From an uncultured Vampirovibrio sp. (GTDB lineage: Bacteria > Cyanobacteriota > Vampirovibrionia > Gastranaerophilales > Gastranaerophilaceae), in NCBI GenBank assembly GCA_964531425.1, contig CAZHEI010000002.1:7798-71797 (forward strand): DNA of 64,000 nt, in the 5' to 3' direction. Position 1 is the first letter of the stretch. Each line of letters starts with the position of its first letter. Positions 9,003 to 19,497 of the stretch are shown one piece after another. Both the position numbers and the translations under genes were made by a program. Under the pieces are notes generated by a model. It saw only the letters and a program-made list of their open reading frames with translations, was not told the origin of the DNA and did not search any database.

Positions 9003-9060
9003 TGGATTGTTTCGTCGTTACACTCCTCGCAATTGCGAGGGCGTAGCCCGTGGCAATCCA
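9003..9060. repeat. REP/RPE-like palindrome
   Basis: TGGATTG...CCTCGCAATTGCGAGG...CAATCCA; related TGGATT...AATGAC element at 1905-1935. Confidence 0.75.
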
Positions 9061-9112
9061 TACCGACAAATCTGTAATAACTTATTCTCTTATTCACTCA
9101 TTCACTTTCTGT

Positions 9113-9928
9113 TTAAATTCCCTTAACAACCTCTTTTACTAGGATTTTGAATCTGTCTTTTGCAATATTTGCAGCGTGAATTACATCCTCATGGGAAAGT
9201 GCAACCGTGCTTACACCTGCTGCTGAATTGCAAATACAACTAATCCCTATAACATTCATTCCCGCCCATTTTGCGACAATTGCTTCCGGAACGGTAGACA
9301 TACCAACTGCATCAGCTCCAACAACTCTTGCCATCCTAACTTCAGCAGGAGTTTCATAAGATGGTCCTGTAAGAGCCATATAAACACCCTCTTGAGTATC
9401 AATCCCCAGTTTTGCTGCAGTTTTCTTTACTAAATCAATTAACTCAGAAGAATAAACTTCACTCATGTCAGGGAATCTTAATCCCATTGAATCGTCATTT
9501 TGACCAATTAGCGGATTAACGTTCATGTGATTTATATGATCGGTGATAATCATTAAATCTGATGGATTGAAAGCGGGATTTACTCCACCTGCAGCGTTTG
9601 TTAGAATAACTGTTTTTACACCAAGCTTTTTCATAACTTTTATAGGAAATACTACTTTTTGAATAGGATGTCCTTCGTAGTAATGAAATCGACCTTGCAT
9701 CATAACAACTTTTTTCCCGTTAATTTCTGCAAATACCAAGCGACTTTTATGTCCTGAAACGTGTGAGGATTCGAAATTAGGGATTTCGGAATAAGGAATT
9801 GCCAGAGAACAATATTCATCCGCAAGTTCTCCCAATCCTGATCCAAGAACTATTCCTATTTCAGGAACAAAATCACCTAAAGATTCCTTTATCTTTGTTT
9901 GCAAAAAATTAACAGTATTATCTAACAT
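9113..9928 (-). CDS. punA: Purine nucleoside phosphorylase (trimeric type)
   Basis: VLGSGLG, MQGRFHYYEG, GPSYETPAE and GMSTVPE motifs. Confidence 0.93.
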   Translation of the reverse strand: MLDNTVNFLQTKIKESLGDFVPEIGIVLGSGLGELADEYCSLAIPYSEIPNFESSHVSGHKSRLVFAEINGKKVVMMQGRFHYYEGHPIQKVVFPIKVMKKLGVKTVILTNAAGGVNPAFNPSDLMIITDHINHMNVNPLIGQNDDSMGLRFPDMSEVYSSELIDLVKKTAAKLGIDTQEGVYMALTGPSYETPAEVRMARVVGADAVGMSTVPEAIVAKWAGMNVIGISCICNSAAGVSTVALSHEDVIHAANIAKDRFKILVKEVVKGI

Positions 9929-10090
9929 AAATACCTCCTAAACCCCAGATTATACACATAATTTTATAATAAAAATAAATCATCCTCAATTGAGTTTACT
10001 GAAAAATTAACATTGTAACAAATCTAGAGGATTCGAAAACTTTTTAATTTTTCCACAAACTCTCTACTCACAAAAACAACACCTTAAAAA

Positions 10091-10135
10091 AGCCAATACA
10101 CAACCTTCAAATTAATTTAAAATTGTATATTGGCT
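10091..10135 (-). terminator. Hairpin/terminator after the GH13 gene
   Basis: AGCCAATAC-ACAA...TTGT-ATATTGGCT flanked by an A-run. Confidence 0.45.
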
Positions 10136-10149
10136 ATATAGTATAAAAT

Positions 10150-12420
10150 TTAACTTACTTTCTTTAAAATTAGGAAACTGTTTGGTGCAAGTGATAAATT
10201 TTGGTTATAATTGTTAATATCACTTCTTTCGGAATTTGTATATCCCATTCCACCATATTTTATGTCATCGCTGTTAAACACTTCTTTCCAGTTACCACCT
10301 TCCGGAAATCCATAGTAACCATAGCTTGTATTATGGAAACCTTGTCCAAAGTTTTTTATTACCAACAATTCTTCATTGTCCAATTTTAATAAATGAGAAT
10401 GAACATTATGATTACTGTCTTTATATTTTGCGACGATATTTCCTTTTGATAAAGCAGGCATTTCATCAAATAAAGCTCTTAAATCTTGCGTAAATTTAGT
10501 CATTTCCTTTGGTTTATTTTCTAGTCGACCTTCATATTTTACTCTTCCAACTATACAATCAGGACGAGCTACACTTTCAAGTTGGTCATAACCTTTGTCA
10601 TTTATATGTGCTTTATAGTCAAAATCCGTACGAGCTCTTTTTTCTCTATCGTCAGAAAATTCTCTGAAGAACTTAAAGTATGCTAAATCTGCCTCTGTAT
10701 CACCTTGGAAATACATTTTAGGTCCAGGAGTTGTCATTAATATACCAAATGCTAATTTTTGTTTTGCAAAGGCTCCATTAAATGCATCTAATAACTGTTG
10801 TTTTCCTATAAACCTATTTAACCCCATTTCTGATTCTTTTCTGCGCAAATCCCATTCACTCATATTATCAAATTCTTTTGATACAACTATTTCTAATAGT
10901 TCTTGTCCGATTTTAGCAGACCTTTGTCCGTGATTATAATCAACTGAATGATTAATAGCAGAAGTTAAATCTAAAATATCAGAAAATGATTTTGAAATAA
11001 ATTTTGTTCCATCATAATTTCCTACTTCGTCATGACTTAATGCATATTTTACACGATAATGTGAATTATCGATAACATTATCCAAACGATCTAACTCATT
11101 AGCATTTTTATTTGTAAGAGCAGTTTGTACAGGTTCTCTAAAAGGAGAATCCCACTCACTATCAAAACCAATATGTGTTTCAACAGGTGGCCAACCTAAG
11201 ACAACATCATGAGCTCTTTGATCCCAATATTCAACTTCTTCATTGTGTGTAACATTAGGATTGTTATGATAGGATGTGATGTGATGTCTATTTCTCATGT
11301 GATCTTCTGCAATCAAAAATACATCCGGATTATGTTTATTCAGTTCTAATGCAAGTTGTTTTAACGTATAGTCAGACCCCATAAAATTCGGATTAGTTAA
11401 ATCTAACCTTAAACCATCAACTTTATAATTATTAGCCCAGTTTAAAGCTGCATTAACCATCCAATCCCTTACATAACGTCCATTTTTACCTTCATAATTT
11501 AATAGATCGCCACAGTCACAGGAATATGATTTAAGATAATCGCCTGTGAGAGCGAGCAAATTTCCATCAAATCCCATGTGATTTGGAACCATATCCATGA
11601 TTACGTTTAATCCTTTTCCATGTGCGTAATCAATTAGTTCTTTCAATTTATCAGGCTCACCCATTTTTGAATTTGGTGCGAACTTATCAACTCCATCATA
11701 TCCCCATTGTAGAGAATATGTATTTTCTACCGGCATTAATTCTATTGCAGTTGCAAAGCCGTTTTCTACGATTTTGTCTATTCTTGCTTTTGCAGCCTCA
11801 TAAGTACCTTTTTCAGTAGATGTCGGGATATTAATTTCTTCAATTATAAGGTTTTCAAGCCCTCTTAACGGTTCATTTGGCTTTCGAACAATCCTTCTTG
11901 AATCTTTTCCTTCCAACCAATCGGTATTTTCCCAGTTATAATTATCTGTATCGTATATAGTACTCCAGCCATCAATTTCTTTTTGTTCTTTTGAATATGG
12001 ATCTTTTACAAAATTTACATCATTATCTTTTGTAACAACTACAAACCTATAACTATCTCCAGCTTTTGCAAAAATTTTATTTGCTTCAAAAATTCCATCT
12101 CCTTTGTTTTCCATCGGATATAATCTTGATTTATCATCAATAGTTGAGAATGCAGAAGCAACACCTGTTGCAGCAACTATACTTACTAAACGATCTCTCA
12201 GTTTACCCATGTCACCTTGAAATTTACTTGCAACTTCTACAAAAACAGCTTTTGCATCCGGAAATGAAAATAGTTTAAAATTAGTTTTTCCTGATTTTTT
12301 TACATAATTAGCGCCCCAGCTAATGTGCTCAGACCAATTTCTCTTAAAATTGGGATTGCTATTATAATATTGCTTTCTGTTATTTACTCTTTGCTCATTA
12401 TTGATTGAATAAATCTTCAT
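10150..12420 (-). CDS. GH13 alpha-amylase-family enzyme (TreZ/branching-enzyme-like) with N-terminal extension
   Basis: WGYDG, DMVPNH, DGLRLD, IAED and SHDE (catalytic D/E/D intact); AGGAGG RBS before ATG at 12420. Confidence 0.85.
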   Translation of the reverse strand: MKIYSINNEQRVNNRKQYYNSNPNFKRNWSEHISWGANYVKKSGKTNFKLFSFPDAKAVFVEVASKFQGDMGKLRDRLVSIVAATGVASAFSTIDDKSRLYPMENKGDGIFEANKIFAKAGDSYRFVVVTKDNDVNFVKDPYSKEQKEIDGWSTIYDTDNYNWENTDWLEGKDSRRIVRKPNEPLRGLENLIIEEINIPTSTEKGTYEAAKARIDKIVENGFATAIELMPVENTYSLQWGYDGVDKFAPNSKMGEPDKLKELIDYAHGKGLNVIMDMVPNHMGFDGNLLALTGDYLKSYSCDCGDLLNYEGKNGRYVRDWMVNAALNWANNYKVDGLRLDLTNPNFMGSDYTLKQLALELNKHNPDVFLIAEDHMRNRHHITSYHNNPNVTHNEEVEYWDQRAHDVVLGWPPVETHIGFDSEWDSPFREPVQTALTNKNANELDRLDNVIDNSHYRVKYALSHDEVGNYDGTKFISKSFSDILDLTSAINHSVDYNHGQRSAKIGQELLEIVVSKEFDNMSEWDLRRKESEMGLNRFIGKQQLLDAFNGAFAKQKLAFGILMTTPGPKMYFQGDTEADLAYFKFFREFSDDREKRARTDFDYKAHINDKGYDQLESVARPDCIVGRVKYEGRLENKPKEMTKFTQDLRALFDEMPALSKGNIVAKYKDSNHNVHSHLLKLDNEELLVIKNFGQGFHNTSYGYYGFPEGGNWKEVFNSDDIKYGGMGYTNSERSDINNYNQNLSLAPNSFLILKKVS

Positions 12421-12482
12421 ATAATACCTCCTAACACACATGCATTTTTACTTAATTAAAAACTCGTAAAAATTTTTTTTGC

Positions 12483-13379
12483 TTATTTTTCTTCCGAAAC
12501 ATATCCAAAATTTTTCAAAAGTTTATCTTTTTTTCTCCAGTCTTTTTCAACTTTAACTTCAAGAGCTAAAAACACTTTCTTTTCAACAATATCTTCAAGT
12601 TCAATTCTTGCTTCCGTTCCGATTTTCTTTAATAAAGCCCCACCTTTACCTATTAAAATTCCTTTTTGACTCTTTTGTTCGCAATAAATTGTTGCATAAA
12701 TTCTGTCAATATCTTCTTTTTCTTCGTATTTATCTATTGTTATTGCCACAGAGTGCGGAATTTCATCTTGAGTGTTCAACAAAATTTTTTCACGAATAAT
12801 TTCTTCTGTAACAGAGCGCATGCTTTCTTCTGTTACAACATCATCAGGATAAAGTTTTTCACCTTCCGGTAATTTTTTGAAAATATTTGTTAGTAGAGTA
12901 TCTTTATTTCTTCCTGTTTTAGCAGAAATCCTGATAACAGGAACATTTTCATTAAACATTGTTTTGTATGAAATGAGATTTTCTTCTACTTTTTGTTGAT
13001 TTTTTATTTTATCAACTTTATTCATTACAAGAATTATCGGGATTTTCGTATCTTTAAGCAAATTTTCAACAATCCACTTATCACCTTTTCCAGCCGGTTC
13101 TGAGCCATCAACAAGAAATAAAATTAAGTCTGCGTCCGGAACTGCAAATTTTGCTTCATCCATCAAAAATTCACCTAACTTGTTCAGCGGACGATGAATT
13201 CCAGGTGTATCAACAAAAATAACCTGACCTTGAGGTTCTGTTAATATACCTTTAATTCGTTTTCTTGTAGTTTGGGCTTTATCTGTTGTAATAACAATCT
13301 TTTGTCCTAGAATTTGGTTTAAAAGAGTTGATTTACCAACATTAGGTCTGCCTATAATAGTTACAAATCCACATTTCAT
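12483..13379 (-). CDS. era: GTPase Era
   Basis: GRPNVGKS, QTTR, DTPG, NKVD and KH domain GILIGKGG. Confidence 0.97.
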   Translation of the reverse strand: MKCGFVTIIGRPNVGKSTLLNQILGQKIVITTDKAQTTRKRIKGILTEPQGQVIFVDTPGIHRPLNKLGEFLMDEAKFAVPDADLILFLVDGSEPAGKGDKWIVENLLKDTKIPIILVMNKVDKIKNQQKVEENLISYKTMFNENVPVIRISAKTGRNKDTLLTNIFKKLPEGEKLYPDDVVTEESMRSVTEEIIREKILLNTQDEIPHSVAITIDKYEEKEDIDRIYATIYCEQKSQKGILIGKGGALLKKIGTEARIELEDIVEKKVFLALEVKVEKDWRKKDKLLKNFGYVSEEK

Positions 13380-13413
13380 ACTTTAAGTTTAGCATAAAGA
13401 GTTCTTATAGAAT

Positions 13414-13431
13414 ATTACATTTTGTTACAAA
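13414..13431 (+). promoter_or_regulatory. HLR1-like direct repeat
   Basis: ATTACATT-TT-GTTACAAA. Confidence 0.5.
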
Positions 13432-13435
13432 AAGT

Positions 13436-13465
13436 CAATTTTTAAAAAGAAAAATACTTTATATA
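13436..13465 (+). promoter_or_regulatory. Shared bipartite upstream motif, copy 1
   Basis: CAATTTT-N11-ATACTTTATATA, same spacing at 20993 and 53824. Confidence 0.7.
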
Positions 13466-13493
13466 AATATAACGGGATATAAAGGGAAATTTT

Positions 13494-15149
13494 ATGTCAG
13501 GATACTTTACAAACACAACATCATACAATATGCCTTGGATGCAAAATTCAATGCCAACATTTACTCCAAGCTTTACTCCAAATTTTACACCATCATGGGA
13601 TTGGAGTGGAAGTTCATCTATATATGGCTGGGGAAATAGCTCTAGTTCTTCCTCCGGTAGCTCTTCTAATCTTTCATTTGAAGAATATAAAGAAAAGGAA
13701 GCAGAAGAACTTGAAAAGAAATTAAAATCAACTAATAAAAATACAGCAACGACTCAACTTTTGAAAAACGGAGCTTCTATGTATACTACAATGTATACTG
13801 ATGAACAAAGCGGAGCATGTGTTGAAGTATATGCCGATAAAGATGGTAATCCATTAAAATTTAAGGTTGACAGTAACGGGCAGATAGCCTTAGATAGCAA
13901 CGGGAAACCAATAAAAGATTCAAATGGTTCCGTTATGCCTGTTTCAGACTTAAAATCAATAGAAAAAGCAAAAAAGAATTTAGAAAAATCTAAAAAGGAA
14001 GATGGCTCAGCTACAGTAAGTGTAACTGCCGAAGAATATGAAAAGAAAGTTCCGTGGTACAAACGAGCTTTAAGAGCCGGAGGTAACATGCTTCAAGGTA
14101 CGTTTAAAATGGCTAAAAGTTTAGTCGGATATGATGAAAATGGAAAATGGAATCTAGTTAAATGTATTAAAAACGTAGCGGTTTTAGCTGCCGGTGTTGC
14201 TCTTACTGCTGTTTGTCCAGCTGCTGGTCCTGTATTATTATATGCAGGTCTTGGGCTTGGCGCAGCACAAGTAGGAAAAGGTGTATACAAAGCTTGTACT
14301 GCTAAAACCGTTGAAGAAATTGACAATGCTTGGCAAGATGTCGGAGTTGGAGTTGCAACAGTTATCGCATCCAAAGGCGGGATTAAAGGTATGGGAAAAA
14401 CTGCCGGAGTTGATACTTCCGGTTTAAAAATGGTTACAAATGCAGGAAAACTAGTAAAATCACAACCTAAATGGATTTTTGCTAATGGATTTAAAGGTAG
14501 CGGAAAGTCATTTACAACAAATTTAAAAAATCTAAACCCATTTAAATCACAAACTAAAGAAAAGCTTAATCAAGCTGAACATGAATATGTACAAACTAAT
14601 TTAGGAATGAATGATTCAGCGCTTTCTGTAGCAGAAAAAGATGCATTACTTGATAGAGCTATTCAACTTGAACAAGAAATTGCAAATTTAAAAACTGCAA
14701 GAATGAATGAACTTTGCACTTCTCCTACAAAATGGATTAGTAAGCAAAATAGAAAAGCTGTTACAGAGCATACCGGCAAAAACCTTGTAAAATCATATTG
14801 GGATGCTAATACCGCAGGTAAAACTTGCCTAGGCAAAGCTTGGATATCTAAAACAATGTTTGTGGCAGGAAAAGCTACTAAAGGAGCAATGGGTGCCATG
14901 GCGCCGGATTTTATTCTCTGGGACCAAATTCAAAGTGGTTCATATATGACTACATTTATGGGAACAGATATGCTTGCATACAAGCAAAACTATGAAGAAG
15001 GTGCGTTAAATTCTTTGATTGCGCCGGAATCAGTTCAACATTTATCAGCAGAAGAATACGATAACCAATTAGCTTCATTAACCCAACAAGAAAAGGCTAT
15101 AAAAGACCAGCTTGCTACATTGGATAAAAAGAACGGTTCAGCTGCTTAA
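13494..15149 (+). CDS. Orphan protein: Ser/Thr-rich N-terminus, Gly/Ala hydrophobic hairpin, coiled coils (translocator/pore-former-like)
   Basis: 551-aa ORF with RBS; VAVLAAGVALTAVCPAAGPVLLYAGLGLGAAQVG. Confidence 0.75.
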   Translation: MSGYFTNTTSYNMPWMQNSMPTFTPSFTPNFTPSWDWSGSSSIYGWGNSSSSSSGSSSNLSFEEYKEKEAEELEKKLKSTNKNTATTQLLKNGASMYTTMYTDEQSGACVEVYADKDGNPLKFKVDSNGQIALDSNGKPIKDSNGSVMPVSDLKSIEKAKKNLEKSKKEDGSATVSVTAEEYEKKVPWYKRALRAGGNMLQGTFKMAKSLVGYDENGKWNLVKCIKNVAVLAAGVALTAVCPAAGPVLLYAGLGLGAAQVGKGVYKACTAKTVEEIDNAWQDVGVGVATVIASKGGIKGMGKTAGVDTSGLKMVTNAGKLVKSQPKWIFANGFKGSGKSFTTNLKNLNPFKSQTKEKLNQAEHEYVQTNLGMNDSALSVAEKDALLDRAIQLEQEIANLKTARMNELCTSPTKWISKQNRKAVTEHTGKNLVKSYWDANTAGKTCLGKAWISKTMFVAGKATKGAMGAMAPDFILWDQIQSGSYMTTFMGTDMLAYKQNYEEGALNSLIAPESVQHLSAEEYDNQLASLTQQEKAIKDQLATLDKKNGSAA

Positions 15150-16894
15150 TCCGACATTACGCTCATTTCGCAAATCTTGCAATCGAATTTTAGCGGATAA
15201 GTTTTTCCGAATTCATCACGCAAAACGAGATTAACGGGTGCTTTACACATGTTTAATGAATATTTAATACAATGCTTGCAACGCATTAATGGAACTTGTC
15301 GATTTGGCTGTTTGCTCTCAAAGGATGATTCAAGAACTTTGACTCCTGATTTTTCATAAAACATTTTAGCTGCTTTATTATGAACATTCGCTCTATAATC
15401 AACTTCTTTTAAGAAATATTCCGTATGTTCCATTTCTCTTTGAGTTTGTCGGATTTTTGTATTGTAAATATTCAGTCGCTCATTCATTAAATCCTCAAAC
15501 AATTCTCTGCGTAATTTATTAATTTCACTAACCGGCATGAAAGGAAGTTCTGATTCAATATTAATATTTTGAATATAAAAATCACTTTCGCCTGTTTTTG
15601 AAAATTGTTTTATAAAATTATCTTTCATTTTTTGAGGATTTTTTGCTTTTTCATTGCCTAAAATTGATTTGGATATTGAAATATTATCTTCGTCAATAAT
15701 TGTTAAAACTCCGTCTTTAACAGAAATTCTAACTCCAATCTGTCTTTTTACCGGTTTAGCCAGTTCTTTTTCAAAATCGGAATCATAATTTCGCCACAAT
15801 TTATCTCCAACTTTTAGTTTTACTGACTTGTTAGGGGAAATGGTCATTCCTACAACTTTATTAACAAGGAAACCTTCGCCTTTACAATAAATCCCGTCTT
15901 GCGGATGAATTTCTTTGTCGGTTTTTAATTTAAAACAATCTTTTTTTACTTCAATAACTTCACCCAAATACTCACCTTTTGATTTTGGAGATTCTTGATT
16001 GAAACAATTCGTACGACCGTTTAAGAAATATTCCGTAAAACCTCTGTTAAAACTCTTTTCCGGATTTGAAATAAACTGATAAACACTTCTTCCGGAGGAA
16101 GTTCCTTTCCCAAGTTTTTGTCTATAATAAGCCACAATATTCTTAACATAACCTGAATCTTTGAGACGTCCTTCTATTTTAAAAGAACAAACACCTGCAT
16201 TTTTCATTTCATCTAAACAGTTTGAAGCATTAAAATCTTTTAGGCAAAGTGCATAGAAATCTTTTTTTATGATTTTACCATCTGTTGTTTCAACAGTGAA
16301 TTTTTTACGGCAAGGTTGAGCACATTCCCCTCTGTTTGCCGAACGTCCGCCTATGTATTGACTCAAATAACATTGCCCGCTCATAGATACACAAAGTGCT
16401 CCGTGTACAAAAGCTTCTAATTCTAAATTAGGATTCTGTTCATGTATTTGTTTAATTTGTTCAATTGAAAGCTCTCTTGCCAAAATTACTCTTGAAACAC
16501 CAATTTTATTAAAGAATTTAACTTTTTGAGGTAAATAATTGTCGCATTGAGTACTCATGTGGATTGGAATTGGTAAACTTAATTCCATTAATCGTTCAAG
16601 CAGTCCCATATCCTGAATAATTAGTGCATCCACATCAATATCAGAAAGTTGTTTAGCTATATTAATTGCTGTTTCTAATTCAGAATCAGTCAAAATAGTA
16701 TTCATTGTAACAAATACTTTTGCCCAGAATTTGTGTGCATAATCAACAACTTCTTTGATATCTTCCAGTGTATTTGGAACATTTTTACGAGCACCAAATT
16801 TTGGAGCGCCAATATAAACTGCATCTGCTCCACAATTAATTGCCTCAAATGCTGTTTGCTTATCTTTTGCCGGTGCAAGAAGTTCTGTTTGCAT
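15146..16894 (-). CDS. U32 peptidase family (RlhA-like RNA hydroxylase, DUF3656-type extension)
   Basis: ELLAPA, GADAVYIG, HGALCVSMSGQC, NRGECAQPCR and KIEGR motifs. Confidence 0.9.
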   Translation of the reverse strand: MQTELLAPAKDKQTAFEAINCGADAVYIGAPKFGARKNVPNTLEDIKEVVDYAHKFWAKVFVTMNTILTDSELETAINIAKQLSDIDVDALIIQDMGLLERLMELSLPIPIHMSTQCDNYLPQKVKFFNKIGVSRVILARELSIEQIKQIHEQNPNLELEAFVHGALCVSMSGQCYLSQYIGGRSANRGECAQPCRKKFTVETTDGKIIKKDFYALCLKDFNASNCLDEMKNAGVCSFKIEGRLKDSGYVKNIVAYYRQKLGKGTSSGRSVYQFISNPEKSFNRGFTEYFLNGRTNCFNQESPKSKGEYLGEVIEVKKDCFKLKTDKEIHPQDGIYCKGEGFLVNKVVGMTISPNKSVKLKVGDKLWRNYDSDFEKELAKPVKRQIGVRISVKDGVLTIIDEDNISISKSILGNEKAKNPQKMKDNFIKQFSKTGESDFYIQNINIESELPFMPVSEINKLRRELFEDLMNERLNIYNTKIRQTQREMEHTEYFLKEVDYRANVHNKAAKMFYEKSGVKVLESSFESKQPNRQVPLMRCKHCIKYSLNMCKAPVNLVLRDEFGKTYPLKFDCKICEMSVMSD

Positions 16895-16987
16895 ATTTTA
16901 AGCTATCCTTAATTACTTTGTATCAACTAATTTTATCGTATCACTTATAAGCTTTTAATTCTTAGTTTATTTAAGACCGTGACTGAG

Positions 16988-17773
16988 CTACAAGCAATAC
17001 TTTTTCATTGCAGAAACAAATCCGTCTTCAAAAACAGAATCTGTTATATAATCAGCTTCATTTTTTAATTCTTCTGTTGCATTACCCATTGCGACTTTAA
17101 GCCCCCCAGCTTGTAGAAGAGCTATATCATTATTTTGGTCACCGATTGTTAAAATTTCGTCTTTATTTAGGTCCCAATATTTTTGTAAAAACTCTACTGC
17201 ACATTTCTTTGAAGCTTCAGGATTAGAAAATTCTAAAAAATAAGGAGTTGATTTAACAATATACAAATCAGGAAACAATTTTGGCAATTCTTTTTCATAT
17301 TGATTAATTCGTTCCGGATTAGAATAATCTATCGCCAACAATTTATTTATTTTGTCTTTTTTTATTTCACAAAAAGGTTTAACAGTATGTTCTGTATGCA
17401 AGTTATTACAGTATCTTTGGACTTCATAACATTCTGTTTCAGAATACAAAATGTCATCGTTATAAAGATTAATATGAATGTTTTCCTGTTTTGCCCATTT
17501 TAAGACTCTCTCTGCTTGTTCTTCCGTTAAGCATCTTTCATAAAGTTTTTTCCCGTTATGAACAACCAATCCGCCCTGATAAGAAACAACAGGAGTATCT
17601 AATCCTAAATCTTGAGCAATTCTTACAGCTGCAGCATTCATTCTTCCCGTTACAAGAACAACTTTAATTCCCTTTTTGCATAAATCGCTCACGCATTTTT
17701 TTACTCCGGAAGTAAAATCCCCTTCCGGAATTAAAATTGTTCCATCAATATCTGTTGCAACCAATTTAATCAT
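16988..17773 (-). CDS. Cof-type HAD-IIB hydrolase
   Basis: DIDGT, TGR, GDQNND and AMGNA motifs. Confidence 0.92.
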   Translation of the reverse strand: MIKLVATDIDGTILIPEGDFTSGVKKCVSDLCKKGIKVVLVTGRMNAAAVRIAQDLGLDTPVVSYQGGLVVHNGKKLYERCLTEEQAERVLKWAKQENIHINLYNDDILYSETECYEVQRYCNNLHTEHTVKPFCEIKKDKINKLLAIDYSNPERINQYEKELPKLFPDLYIVKSTPYFLEFSNPEASKKCAVEFLQKYWDLNKDEILTIGDQNNDIALLQAGGLKVAMGNATEELKNEADYITDSVFEDGFVSAMKKYCL

Positions 17774-17800
17774 ATAAATCCTCTCTAATGTAGCAATCGT

Positions 17801-18430
17801 TTAGAAAACTTTCCCATGAAAATCTGTCCCGCCTGTTCTAATTAATTCCGGATGATTTTTGGCGATATTCAAAACATCTTTTGCTGTATGAAATTTTACT
17901 ATTTTTCTAAATCTTGGATAAGGATAATAAGTCTCAATCCCATCTAATTCAATTTTTATTAAATCTCGTACTAATTGTTCCAAGCTCAATGCCCAATAAC
18001 ATGCTGGATGGGCTAAAACGGCAATTCCTCCTGCTTCATGAATTGCTTTAATCAAGTTCTTTACATTTCTGTTTGAAAAAAGTCTTGGTATAACATCCTC
18101 TGTATCTTTTTTATTTTTTGCTAAAAAAGGAGTTAGGGCAGAATGATTAATATCTATTCCATAAGCCAACAAGTGAATAAAAACATACCCGAACCAGCAA
18201 TCAAATTCAACACCTGTTAACAAAATACTGTCTTTAACATTTTTATGCGCATCTACTGTATTGTGATCCGTAATTGCAATTAGCTTATAACCTTGAATTT
18301 TTGCCGATTCGATTATTTGGAGGGTGTCTCCTTCCCCATCAGATAAAGAAGTATGTATATGGAGATTTACTCTATTATTTTTATAATCATCCTCTGTAAA
18401 ACTATTCAACAATTCTCTTAAATTTTCCAT
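17801..18430 (-). CDS. PHP-domain metal-dependent phosphoesterase
   Basis: LHIHTSLSDG, ITDHN, LAHP and GGTDFHG motifs. Confidence 0.9.
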   Translation of the reverse strand: MENLRELLNSFTEDDYKNNRVNLHIHTSLSDGEGDTLQIIESAKIQGYKLIAITDHNTVDAHKNVKDSILLTGVEFDCWFGYVFIHLLAYGIDINHSALTPFLAKNKKDTEDVIPRLFSNRNVKNLIKAIHEAGGIAVLAHPACYWALSLEQLVRDLIKIELDGIETYYPYPRFRKIVKFHTAKDVLNIAKNHPELIRTGGTDFHGKVF

Positions 18431-18477
18431 AACTTTATAATACAATAAAGAGATGAAATATTGAAAGGTTTCCACAA

Positions 18478-19497
18478 ATGACTAAGAAAAACAAAACTCT
18501 ACTTGGTATTTTTATAGAATCTATTGGTTTATATTTTTCTAATTTTGATAAATTTGTCAAATACATGACATTTCCGGTTTTAGGACAACTTGGAGGATTA
18601 AGTTTAGTATTTTTGTTGACGTATTTTTATGCAAAAAATATGCCCGCTCTTATCGAAAAATTTCCAAATTTAAATAGCTTTTCTCTATTGCTGGGAGTTG
18701 CGATTCTTCTTATTCTCCCTGGATTATCAATATTTATGAAAGCCTTTTGGGAATATCTTGTTGCTTATGGGGCAGTAAATTCAATGCTTGAAAATATGCT
18801 TAAATCTGGTAAAGTTTACGATTTTGATGCTCACACTGAATTAATAAAAAGAAGAGCAGTTCCTTTTATTGGTTTGTGGTTTTTATTTGGAATATTTTCT
18901 TTGGTTTCAGTAATCCCATTCTTCTGGGTACCATGTGGAGTATTGGCAGTATTTTTTGTATTAGTATTCCAAGTTTTTACTTACGAGCCTGAATTATCCC
19001 CTATCGGTTGTGTAAAAAAAAGTTTGCAACTTGTTAAAGGACATTTTGCTTCAACTTTTATGTTGATAGCACTAGTAGGTGCGTTGACTTATGTTTTAGT
19101 TCCGCAACTTGTCAATATGATATTTAGTTATATAAAATTAACACCGATTCTTGCCGGTTGGTTAACTCCTATTGTTGCAGAGTTTCCTCTAAATGAATGG
19201 AACAATTGGTTATCATATCTTTATATAAAACCAATAAAAGCGGAAGAGATAGCTCTTTTTGCTATAACTACTTATATTGCACAAATTTTTATTCAATATT
19301 CTCTTCCTTTACGTTCAATTTTATGGGGAATGTGGTATAAAGAACTTAACGGTTCTATTCCCAAAACAGTAGAAAAAAAGAAATCATATAAGAGTAAAAA
19401 ACCTAGTGAAAAATTAATGGAAGCTTCTCATAAAAAGTATTCTTCAAAGAAATTAGATAGAAATCTTTTAAAAAGAGCAATGGAAAAAGATGATTAA
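18478..19497 (+). CDS. Hypothetical polytopic membrane protein
   Basis: About 6 TM segments; Lys-rich C-terminal tail. Confidence 0.75.
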   Translation: MTKKNKTLLGIFIESIGLYFSNFDKFVKYMTFPVLGQLGGLSLVFLLTYFYAKNMPALIEKFPNLNSFSLLLGVAILLILPGLSIFMKAFWEYLVAYGAVNSMLENMLKSGKVYDFDAHTELIKRRAVPFIGLWFLFGIFSLVSVIPFFWVPCGVLAVFFVLVFQVFTYEPELSPIGCVKKSLQLVKGHFASTFMLIALVGALTYVLVPQLVNMIFSYIKLTPILAGWLTPIVAEFPLNEWNNWLSYLYIKPIKAEEIALFAITTYIAQIFIQYSLPLRSILWGMWYKELNGSIPKTVEKKKSYKSKKPSEKLMEASHKKYSSKKLDRNLLKRAMEKDD

